A stretch of 64,000 nt of DNA from Enterobacter phage CC31. Within the stretch, counting starts at the first letter, position 1, and each line of letters starts with the position of its first letter. The stretch is from the sequence record NC_014662.1. One strand, 5' to 3'. Position numbers and translations under genes: made by a program. The notes under the pieces are model-generated. The model had not been told where the DNA came from. It worked only from the letters and a program-made list of their open reading frames with translations, and ran no database searches. This document shows positions 1 through 8,161 of this stretch, piece by piece.

Positions 1-392
1 TGTTTATACCACTTAGGCCGTTGAGCAATTTTTTCGTCCAGACGTGCTTGAGAAATTTTAAGAGCGTCAGAAGTTGGAATGTAATCATTACGCCACTCGA
101 CCGGAATATCACTAATGTCCTGGGCAGTTGTGTCCTGGATTTTAAAACCTCGTTTTAAACATTCAGCAATAATGTTGATTTGGCGTTTATGCAAGAACTC
201 AAGTTTATCATAAAAGAAAGTAACATGACCTGTACCTAAAATGAAAACCGAAGAGATTTTAAAATCCTTAAGCTTTTTACCATTTTGAACATGCTTACGA
301 ACGGCACCAAAAACACGTGGCAATTCACGATACTCAGCCATAAGATGTTGGTCGGCCAGTTCAGATACTAAAGTTAAGTTAATGCGTGTCAT
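1..392 (-). CDS. denV: Endonuclease V (pyrimidine-dimer DNA glycosylase), C-terminus off-window
   Basis: Manual minus-strand translation begins [34 protein letters not shown]..., near-identical to remembered T4 DenV; ATG at 392..390. Confidence 0.85.
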   Translation of the reverse strand, partial: MTRINLTLVSELADQHLMAEYRELPRVFGAVRKHVQNGKKLKDFKISSVFILGTGHVTFFYDKLEFLHKRQINIIAECLKRGFKIQDTTAQDISDIPVEWRNDYIPTSDALKISQARLDEKIAQRPKWYK

Positions 393-451
393 TTTTAATC
401 TCCGTTTGTTTGGTATGAGAGTATCATAACATGGACAAACGGAGATGTAAA

Positions 452-742
452 CTACTTTCTAGTCAAAGATTTGATTTTTCCTACAAGTTTATCTTTCTTA
501 ATGCCTTTATGATAGTCTTTACCTACCATCATGAAATAAGTTCCAGTAGTAGGGTCAAAGTTAACAGACACACGAGTACCATTAACATCGATATCACGTT
601 GATTTATAACACGACTTACTTTACCGAATTCAGCGGCTAGAATAGTTTCAATTTCTTCTGCGCCTTTAGTAGCGGCCGCATAAAGTTCTTTGCCAGACAT
701 TTCACGTTTAGCTTCAAACATAAATTCATTATAGGTTTTCAT
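452..742 (-). CDS. Internal protein (IPII/IPIII-like) with capsid-targeting N-terminus
   Basis: In-frame start [11 protein letters not shown] matches T4 internal-protein capsid targeting sequence; lies between denV and e as in T4. Confidence 0.65.
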   Translation of the reverse strand: MKTYNEFMFEAKREMSGKELYAAATKGAEEIETILAAEFGKVSRVINQRDIDVNGTRVSVNFDPTTGTYFMMVGKDYHKGIKKDKLVGKIKSLTRK

Positions 743-1223
743 ATGCTTTCCAAGTACCTGTTTTAAATGTTGCAATCACGCGTTTAGCACGATTTGGTGT
801 CTGACGATACCACTTGGAATTAGCAAGCTCTTTTGCAGCTGCTTCCCATTGTTTTGATTTAAGCAGACGCATTGACGCTGGGAAACTAGCTACACCTGCT
901 ACACCCATCTGAAACACCATATTAATAAGTGCAGCACGACGAACTCCATCAAGTACATCATATACTGGTTTTAATACAGCATTTCCGAGAATCCCTCGAG
1001 TTGCTTTATCGACGTCTTTCGCAAAAATAGCTTCTGCTTCAGCTTTTGTGATTTGACCATTACATGGGCGTCCCACAAGCTTATCAAGTTCTCGTTTAGC
1101 AACATCAAGAGAAGGGTCACGTGTCAAAAGGTGACCGATACCGATTGTCCAAAAACCTTCGGTATCTTTATAGATTTTAGAATCGTATCCTTCATCGATA
1201 CGAAGCATGCCAAAAATGTCCAT
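729..1223 (-). CDS. e: Lysozyme (endolysin), T4 e-like
   Basis: 164 aa; [14 protein letters not shown] and C-terminal [20 protein letters not shown] match T4 lysozyme. Confidence 0.95.
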   Translation of the reverse strand: MDIFGMLRIDEGYDSKIYKDTEGFWTIGIGHLLTRDPSLDVAKRELDKLVGRPCNGQITKAEAEAIFAKDVDKATRGILGNAVLKPVYDVLDGVRRAALINMVFQMGVAGVASFPASMRLLKSKQWEAAAKELANSKWYRQTPNRAKRVIATFKTGTWKAYENL

Positions 1224-1256
1224 GAGGACCTCCTATCAGTTGATAGGAGTATTTAT

Positions 1257-1736
1257 TTAGCATTCCCAAAGAGCATCTTGAATGACCTTTGGATAAAGTT
1301 TCTGCATAACTGAGAAAAGACTTGGACCCATTACTACATTCCACATGCGCGGATGAATCAAAGCAAAAGCATCAATCTCCGGGAATTCATTTCCGTCTTC
1401 ATCTGTATGATATGCCGTGCAAATACAATCTCTGAATTGAGAGTGTTCCACTGGATGCATGTATTGGAAAAGATGTATATCTTTATTGCTAGCATAATCA
1501 TGACGACCTAGGTCAACCAGTAAACTCTGGTCGTAATCGACAAAGCCGGTTTCTTCACGGCATTCGCGAATAGCAGCTTCAATAGGTGTTTCACCTTCTT
1601 CAATATGGCCCTTTGGAATATCCCAGCGTGATGGCCCACCGCCTAATCCAGAATTAGTCACTCTTCCCATGAATAGTTCGTAGTCTTCGGTAAAGAAGAT
1701 AATTCCTGCAGATACTTCTTTAATTTTCTTACTCAA
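1257..1736 (-). CDS. nudE: Nudix hydrolase NudE
   Basis: 159 aa; Nudix box GHIEEGETPIEAAIRECREETG; follows e as in T4. Confidence 0.85.
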   Translation of the reverse strand: MSKKIKEVSAGIIFFTEDYELFMGRVTNSGLGGGPSRWDIPKGHIEEGETPIEAAIRECREETGFVDYDQSLLVDLGRHDYASNKDIHLFQYMHPVEHSQFRDCICTAYHTDEDGNEFPEIDAFALIHPRMWNVVMGPSLFSVMQKLYPKVIQDALWEC

Positions 1737-1963
1737 ATTTCACCCCAACTAATTTCACGAAGTCTTTGCATAATTGACTCAACTTCTTCAATCATATCTT
1801 CGTCAGAATCAAACGAACCTTCAACCATCCAATCAGAAATTGGAGTGAACATTTCCAGGCCCGTGGACAGACGATTACGAATATCATCAACTGATTCATT
1901 GTCGTTGAAGGAGTACAGGTAAGAATCAGCCGATTCAGATTTAACAAATACCGCAATACTCAT
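1733..1963 (-). CDS. Hypothetical acidic protein
   Basis: 76 aa ORF, start overlaps stop of upstream gene. Confidence 0.5.
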   Translation of the reverse strand: MSIAVFVKSESADSYLYSFNDNESVDDIRNRLSTGLEMFTPISDWMVEGSFDSDEDMIEEVESIMQRLREISWGEI

Positions 1964-2271
1964 ACCTTTTCCTCTAAGAAGTCAGACAGTTTAAAATCTT
2001 TACGGTCCATCAGACCATAGTGAATGTTCTTCAGCGTATCGTACATGTCCCAGTACTTTTCTTTTAGCATATTACCAAATGGTGGAATGTAAAGCTTATC
2101 CCATTTGGCAGCTAACTCACCGTTGCGCAGTTCTCCTGGAACATTTTCAACGATACGTAAAACTTTAGTTGCAACCTCATAATCGGATGGCGGAATCCAT
2201 CCCCAATTATGATGTACTGAACCGTTAATTTCGCCATTCAGCGAAGTAAAAATTGTAGCTGGACAACTCAT
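1960..2271 (-). CDS. Hypothetical protein
   Basis: 103 aa ORF in same-strand overlapping gene chain. Confidence 0.5.
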   Translation of the reverse strand: MSCPATIFTSLNGEINGSVHHNWGWIPPSDYEVATKVLRIVENVPGELRNGELAAKWDKLYIPPFGNMLKEKYWDMYDTLKNIHYGLMDRKDFKLSDFLEEKV

Positions 2272-2630
2272 CGTGTACCTCTAATACCTTGAATAAAGTT
2301 TAAAGCATCTTCACCTGAAGGAACTTCTTTAGACTTAGATTTTCGTTTAAAGAGTTTCCACTCTTTCTTTTGGTCGAAGGTTCCACGTTGAACCTGCCCA
2401 AGATAAAATAACCACTTTCCAATCCAGTAGAATGGAGTTAAAATGCCAGCCATCCAGCCAACAAAAAGTAATTGTTCTCCATAAAGAGGACTAAAGAAGT
2501 ACAATCCCCAATATAATCCAAACCCATTAAGCATTGTGAACATAAAGCAAATAATAATAGTGCCAATAGTCCATCCGAAATTATCATATGAACCAGCATC
2601 TTTGAATCCGCGAAATAATGTTTTAATCAT
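2268..2630 (-). CDS. Small membrane protein, paralog 1 of tandem family
   Basis: 120 aa; two hydrophobic helices; C-terminal NFIQGIRGTR tail. Confidence 0.55.
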   Translation of the reverse strand: MIKTLFRGFKDAGSYDNFGWTIGTIIICFMFTMLNGFGLYWGLYFFSPLYGEQLLFVGWMAGILTPFYWIGKWLFYLGQVQRGTFDQKKEWKLFKRKSKSKEVPSGEDALNFIQGIRGTR

Positions 2631-2965
2631 CGTTTAATCCTGCATCTGGAGATAAAGTTCTCTAAATTTTGTTTGTCGTCGTAAATGGCCTTGGCTTTAG
2701 TAAACAGTTTAACATGAATTTTACAATAGCACCATTTGATAAAAGAAGCTAAAACTATTACCACGAATAATGAGCATAAAGCACTTAGTGGTACAGTGAT
2801 AATCATTTCAGCTACAAAACCGTTGAACCACCAAACTGCGAAATTTGATAAGAAAACAGTAAGTATAATAATTGTCCAACAAACGTTGTCCTCATATTTC
2901 GACTTGAATCTGTCAGCAATTTCTCGTTCAAAATGTCTGATATTCATTTTAGGATTGTATTTCAT
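2627..2965 (-). CDS. Small membrane protein, paralog 2
   Basis: 112 aa; CWTIIILTVF and second hydrophobic helix; C-terminal ENFISRCRIKR. Confidence 0.55.
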   Translation of the reverse strand: MKYNPKMNIRHFEREIADRFKSKYEDNVCWTIIILTVFLSNFAVWWFNGFVAEMIITVPLSALCSLFVVIVLASFIKWCYCKIHVKLFTKAKAIYDDKQNLENFISRCRIKR

Positions 2966-3302
2966 TTTTACCTCGGCATTCCGTAATGAATTCTTCTGAT
3001 TCTCTGATTATTCTATTATGAAGAACTTTAGCATTCTGTTCAGCTAAGCGTTTATTTTCTGGTCGCATCACCCACCAAATAGCAATTTCTTGTGATTTTC
3101 CGTGAGACCAAAGTAGAACTGGAATAGAAAGAAACATTGATACTACAACCCAAATTGGAGCATATACTCCGTCATTAAGTATTAAAGCAGGAACAAAAAT
3201 TAAAAGCACCGCCACTGAACTAAAAGCCAAAAATATTATCATATGTAAAAATTCTGCTTTTGCTGCAAGCTCTCTTAATTCACTTTTTGGTTGATACCCC
3301 AT
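2949..3302 (-). CDS. Small membrane protein, paralog 3
   Basis: 117 aa; two hydrophobic helices; C-terminal EEFITECRGKN. Confidence 0.55.
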   Translation of the reverse strand: MGYQPKSELRELAAKAEFLHMIIFLAFSSVAVLLIFVPALILNDGVYAPIWVVVSMFLSIPVLLWSHGKSQEIAIWWVMRPENKRLAEQNAKVLHNRIIRESEEFITECRGKNEIQS

Positions 3303-3304
3303 GA

Positions 3305-3679
3305 TTATTTCCTCGCTTTACGACAGTCGTTAATGAAGCATTCAAACCGTTCAGCTTTGCTGAGCTTTGATATTATTCTATTTCTTCGCATGCCAATTAA
3401 AATTTGTGCAATAAAATTAACAAATTCACCAATCAGCATAACAATGATACCAAACATTCCCCAACCAAAGCATGTGAATGCAGCCATTGCTCCAGCAGAG
3501 TCAGCTCTTTCTTCTTTTGGAAGATTTGTGATATCAGACCAACCCCAAAATACAATAATTCCGTATAGTGTCAATGCAACGCACCAGCAGAGCTTTTCAT
3601 TTCTGGTCAAAATATATCTGACTTTGGTTGAAAGAGAATCCGTTTTAGCAATTTTAGCTTTAAGTTCAGTTGAATTCAT
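3305..3679 (-). CDS. Small membrane protein, paralog 4
   Basis: 124 aa; CWCVALTLYGIIVFWGW and second helix; C-terminal FECFINDCRKARK. Confidence 0.55.
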   Translation of the reverse strand: MNSTELKAKIAKTDSLSTKVRYILTRNEKLCWCVALTLYGIIVFWGWSDITNLPKEERADSAGAMAAFTCFGWGMFGIIVMLIGEFVNFIAQILIGMRRNRIISKLSKAERFECFINDCRKARK

Positions 3680-3712
3680 TTTATTTTCCTCATAGGGCCC
3701 GAAGGCCCTTTA

Positions 3713-4630
3713 TCATTTGAACGGACGAATCATATCAAAGTTTTGTTTAAAGCGTTTGACATAATCTGTCTTTCCAAGTTTCTTATGCATTGCAACTATC
3801 TTATGGTAGTTTTCCCATGCATATTCACGAAACCAGCCAGATGTAATGCTAGTACAAACTTTTTCCAAAGCGTACATAAATGAACCCGTAGGGTCTGGGT
3901 TGAAATTATTTGGAATTTGATGGCGTTCTAAAGCAAGTACACAAGTTTCTTCATATACACCTGCAAGCTTAAGTTCTTCAGGAAGAGAATCGAACTTCTC
4001 TTTTGAAGTCATTACTTCAGAGCCATCTTTCATGTAGAAAGTATAAGCAGGACGACCAGCTAAAGCCACTGCTTCATGAATTGAATCGTGGTCATAGATG
4101 TAAAAATCATCTTTAAAGAAAGAATCTTTATCTACATCCAGATTAGGATGAGAATATGCTAATGTTTCTTTCTGGCGCAGTTCAGAAATCTTTTTCAGTT
4201 TACTGTCTAAAACAATTCCTTTATTACGCAAGAAACGAATATGATGCATAGTCTTTTGAAAGAAACGAGTGTTCTTCTTGAAACGATGAGACATCTTAAT
4301 TGCTAAGCACATCTCAGGAGTTGCCCAATACATCTGTGAAAGCGCATCATAGCACCCATTAAATACTGCGTAGTGAGCAAGCAGTTCAGATGAACTCTCG
4401 TCGTTATATTCAAAAATGTATGCTTCAAAATAGGTCTCACGACCATTATGCATGCATTTAAAGGCTTGTACATTAGGAGATTGAACTTCGACCTCTGTAC
4501 CATTCATACGGTTTTTGAAATGGAGCCATTCGCCCGGAGACGCGATGAAGTCCCAATCAGAATTCTTAACATCACTGTACTCAATGAGTCCATGGTGATG
4601 TAGAGCTCTAGAACCAATAACCAGCAACAT
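3713..4630 (-). CDS. Hypothetical protein, 305 aa
   Basis: Long ORF; N-terminal VIGSRALHHHG...SDWD loosely resembles a nucleotidyltransferase motif but spacing is non-canonical; C-terminal NFDMIRPFK tail. Confidence 0.5.
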   Translation of the reverse strand: MLLVIGSRALHHHGLIEYSDVKNSDWDFIASPGEWLHFKNRMNGTEVEVQSPNVQAFKCMHNGRETYFEAYIFEYNDESSSELLAHYAVFNGCYDALSQMYWATPEMCLAIKMSHRFKKNTRFFQKTMHHIRFLRNKGIVLDSKLKKISELRQKETLAYSHPNLDVDKDSFFKDDFYIYDHDSIHEAVALAGRPAYTFYMKDGSEVMTSKEKFDSLPEELKLAGVYEETCVLALERHQIPNNFNPDPTGSFMYALEKVCTSITSGWFREYAWENYHKIVAMHKKLGKTDYVKRFKQNFDMIRPFK

Positions 4631-4659
4631 AATATTTTCCTCTTTAGAATGTAGAACTA

Positions 4660-5001
4660 CTATAACACACTTGACTGATGTTGTAAACGGTTCTTTCTAC
4701 ACATTCTGATGAAGTTTTCAATAGGCTCTTCTGGTCTATTGGCTGGATAGCATTTCTTCCAGTTCCACCCTCCCAGCAAGTCAAAGATTTGGTCAGGAAG
4801 AGAATCCCATGGATGTTCTCTTTCGCGGAGTTGAAGCACAATATCACCGGCTGCTTCTCTAATTCCAGTATCAAGTTTTCCATTACAAATCACGACATCC
4901 ATGAGTACTGCAAGACAACAACTATCATGGCTTCCGTATTTGTTCGGATAGTAGAAATAATGGTCAATAATGTAGCAGCAATTACGGTCTAAACCTTTCA
5001 T
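4660..5001 (-). CDS. Hypothetical Cys-rich protein
   Basis: Start chosen at MKGLDRN (ATG 5001..4999 after AGGA); C-terminal ENFIRMCRKNR tail shared with downstream genes. Confidence 0.45.
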   Translation of the reverse strand: MKGLDRNCCYIIDHYFYYPNKYGSHDSCCLAVLMDVVICNGKLDTGIREAAGDIVLQLREREHPWDSLPDQIFDLLGGWNWKKCYPANRPEEPIENFIRMCRKNRLQHQSSVL

Positions 5002-5064
5002 AGTGTTCCTCCAGTGATTCTGGGGAAACTTTTCAGTTTCCCCATATATTACCATTAACAGCTG

Positions 5065-5137
5065 CTAGTGTACCTGGACTCGAACCAGGGAATCGTAGAA
5101 TCAAAATCTACTGCCTTACCAACTTGGCTATACCCCA
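5065..5137 (-). tRNA. tRNA-Gln (UUG), no encoded CCA, acceptor mismatch
   Basis: Manual fold: anticodon arm GTAGA-TTTTGAT-TCTAC, T-arm CCTGG-TTCGAGT-CCAGG; body close to remembered E. coli tRNA-Gln. Confidence 0.7.
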
Positions 5138-5143
5138 ACTGTT

Positions 5144-5220
5144 TGGAGGCGGGTGATGGACTCGAACCATCGCGTAACGGGATATGAACCCGTCATTCTA
5201 CCAACTGAAGTTAACCCGCA
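5144..5220 (-). tRNA. tRNA-Met/Ile2 (CAU)
   Basis: Anticodon arm ACGGG-TTCATAT-CCCGT, T-arm GATGG-TTCGAGT-CCATC, encoded CCA; position 1:72 unpaired. Confidence 0.65.
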
Positions 5221-5230
5221 CTTATCCGGA

Positions 5231-5318
5231 TTCCTGAAGTACAACGGCTGCTTTATGTAGAACTCACCTATTGTGAGGGAACAAAATCACTGGTCCTGGC
5301 ATTAATTATGGACCACCA
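5231..5318 (-). ncRNA. Candidate structured small RNA within tRNA island (not a tRNA)
   Basis: Outer 9-bp stem ttcctgaag/cttcaggaa enclosing two hairpins (GGTCC..GGACC and CTCAC..GTGAG); no T-loop motif. Confidence 0.35.
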
Positions 5319-5340
5319 TCTTCAGGAACTGCCTCGTATT

Positions 5341-5416
5341 TGGCGGACCTAACGGGATTCGAACCCGTGACTCTCACGTGACAGGCGAGTATTTTCACCG
5401 CTGAAACTATAGGTCC
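5341..5416 (-). tRNA. tRNA-Asp (GUC)
   Basis: Perfect cloverleaf: acceptor GGACCTA/TAGGTCC, anticodon arm CTCGC-CTGTCAC-GTGAG, T-arm ACGGG-TTCGAAT-CCCGT, CCA encoded. Confidence 0.8.
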
Positions 5417-5658
5417 AAATTATCTTTCGTGATTATGTGAATCCCTCAGGTTTTCCGGAAAACCGAATAGGCGACAAAAGCTCTCATATACCCGTGCACA
5501 GATATAATCTTTGTTAACTAGTGTCTGAATCAGTATAATCCGAAAGATAACTTTCGGCGCCGTATTTAATTTGAGATATGTAGTTATCGTTGAGGGAACT
5601 CATATTCAGGGATTAACATGCCGACGACTTTGTCAGAACGTCTTCCAACTTCTATATT

Positions 5659-5743
5659 TGGCGGGTCGTGCAGGTATCGAACCTGCCTAGTCATTTCTGA
5701 CACGGATTAACAGTCCGCCGCTTACCCTCTCAGCCAACGACCC
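5659..5743 (-). tRNA. Type-II (long variable arm) tRNA with Asn anticodon GUU
   Basis: 85 nt; acceptor GGGTCGT/ACGACCC, 3-bp D-stem, anticodon arm GCGGA-CTGTTAA-TCCGT, 15-nt variable hairpin GTCA-GAAA-TGAC, T-arm GCAGG-TTCGATA-CCTGC, G73, CCA. Confidence 0.6.
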
Positions 5744-5748
5744 AAATT

Positions 5749-5823
5749 TGGTTCTCCGTAAGAGAATTGAACTCTTCTTTCCGACGTGAAAGGCCGGCGT
5801 CCTAACCGATAGACGAACGGAGA
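5749..5823 (-). tRNA. tRNA-Glu (UUC)
   Basis: Acceptor TCTCCGT/ACGGAGA, anticodon arm CCGGC-CTTTCAC-GTCGG, T-arm AAGAG-TTCAATT-CTCTT, CCA encoded. Confidence 0.7.
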
Positions 5824-5824
5824 T

Positions 5825-5902
5825 TGGTAGGACGTGAGGGAGTTGAACCCATCGACATTCCGATTAAAAGTCGGATGCTCTAACCAACTGAGCTAACGTC
5901 CT
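5825..5902 (-). tRNA. tRNA-Lys (UUU), weak T-stem
   Basis: Acceptor AGGACGT/ACGTCCT, D-arm GCTC-AGTTGGTTA-GAGC, anticodon arm TCCGA-CTTTTAA-TCGGA; T-stem only 3 bp. Confidence 0.65.
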
Positions 5903-5940
5903 GTAGATATTTATAATAACAAAAATATCTTTAAGCAAAT

Positions 5941-6016
5941 TGGTGGGAATAACTGGACTCGAACCAGTGACCTAACGATTATCGGTCGTTTGCTCTACCA
6001 ACTGAGCTATATTCCC
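5941..6016 (-). tRNA. tRNA-Ile (GAU), C at position 33
   Basis: Acceptor GGGAATA/TATTCCC, D-arm GCTC-AGTTGGTA-GAGC, anticodon arm AACGA-CCGATAA-TCGTT, T-arm CACTG-GTTCGAG-TCCAG, CCA. Confidence 0.7.
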
Positions 6017-6022
6017 TGAATT

Positions 6023-6110
6023 TGGTGGGGAGTGATGGAGTCGAACCACCCGAGTCGCAATGACAACAGATTTACAGTCTGCACCGCTACCTCTACGGAA
6101 TTAACTCCCC
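6023..6110 (-). tRNA. tRNA-Tyr (GUA), type II
   Basis: 88 nt; acceptor GGGGAGT/ACTCCCC; anticodon arm GCAGA-CTGTAAA-TCTGT as in remembered E. coli tRNA-Tyr; long variable arm; CCA. Confidence 0.8.
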
Positions 6111-6115
6111 GAAAT

Positions 6116-6475
6116 TTATTTAAGAACTGTTGAGTTCATCGATTTAACCAAGAAAACTTGGTGTGGTGAACGAAGTGAACCTTCAATAGTGCGATGTTCT
6201 GGAAAATTGGTTGAAGTCTGAAAACCAGCTACACGGTAACCTTGCTCAGTCCATCCTAAAAGGATACCAACCATACAGCCAGAATATTTTCCGCTTTTAT
6301 CCAAAGCTACAATATCACCAGGAGCAATTTCATTACCCATTGAATCAGGCTTAATCCATTGTGGAGTAACCAGTTCTATAGGTATATTTATACCGCTTGA
6401 AAAGCTGTAATATTCGTCTGAACGTAAGCCCTGAATGCTTTTAAAGACTTTATGCCAAGTTTTACTGATGCTCAT
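6116..6475 (-). CDS. Hypothetical protein
   Basis: 119 aa ORF directly upstream of tRNA island. Confidence 0.5.
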   Translation of the reverse strand: MSISKTWHKVFKSIQGLRSDEYYSFSSGINIPIELVTPQWIKPDSMGNEIAPGDIVALDKSGKYSGCMVGILLGWTEQGYRVAGFQTSTNFPEHRTIEGSLRSPHQVFLVKSMNSTVLK

Positions 6476-6701
6476 AATGTTCTCTCGCAGTGTTTTGGTG
6501 AATCAACGATAATTCATCGAAGATTGACTTCATTGCATTTTTCACAAAAATTTTTTCAGAAGGCTCCATCGACGTATTGTTGATGATTCTCGCCATTCGT
6601 TCTTTAAGCTTCTTTTTCCGATTCCGGACCGTCTCCTTGGAAGCGGTCCTCATGTGAGCAAGATTAGTCATCATGTTCCGTCGATAGATTAATAATAACA
6701 A
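6462..6701 (-). CDS. Hypothetical basic protein
   Basis: 79 aa ORF, Lys/Arg-rich. Confidence 0.45.
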   Translation of the reverse strand: MLLLIYRRNMMTNLAHMRTASKETVRNRKKKLKERMARIINNTSMEPSEKIFVKNAMKSIFDELSLIHQNTAREHYEHQ

Positions 6702-6717
6702 GTAGCTCTTTAAGCAT

Positions 6718-6954
6718 TTAACCGCGTTTATACGCGTGATGAATCAAAATACCAAGTACACCACAAGAAACTATAACGCTTTTAATAAAAGTTAAAACAA
6801 CGCCAGTAGCAACGCCGATAAGAATCCAGTCAAACTTATTCATCGGAGAATCGACATCATAAGTTTTCTTAACCCATGCTTTAGCTTTGGTGTACAGTTC
6901 TTTAATTTGGTTCATTTGCAATTTTATCCATAACGAATGAAATGATACCAGCAA
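6718..6954 (-). CDS. Hypothetical small membrane protein
   Basis: 78 aa; one hydrophobic helix (WILIGVATGVVLTFIKSVIVSCGVLGILI). Confidence 0.45.
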   Translation of the reverse strand: MLVSFHSLWIKLQMNQIKELYTKAKAWVKKTYDVDSPMNKFDWILIGVATGVVLTFIKSVIVSCGVLGILIHHAYKRG

Positions 6955-7146
6955 CGAGTGTAAGTACTACGCTACTGATGAGTTCAGAATTTGAAAGGAA
7001 CGGCCATCCGAAGATTGAAGTTCCAAGTGCTCCCAGGGTTACTACAGTAAAGATGTTTCCGATGATTTCGCAACGTTTCATTTTTAATCTCCTTGTGTTG
7101 ATAGGGCTATAGTATCATAGCCCTCAAGGAAAGTAAACGGCTAAAA

Positions 7147-8157
<1,011 letters not shown>

Positions 8158-8161
<4 letters not shown>

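Noticed and set aside
2627-3345. Idea that the shared C-terminal motif is only a by-product of embedded Shine-Dalgarno sequences
   Set aside because: Only partly true: the SD overlaps the motif in some genes, but the F-I-x-x-C-R residues recur at variable distance from the next start codon and with different codons, so the protein-level interpretation is kept as a finding
4644-4883. 79-aa minus ORF overlapping the 4660..5001 gene in another frame
   Set aside because: Fully nested in a better-supported ORF that carries the shared C-terminal motif; no independent start signal
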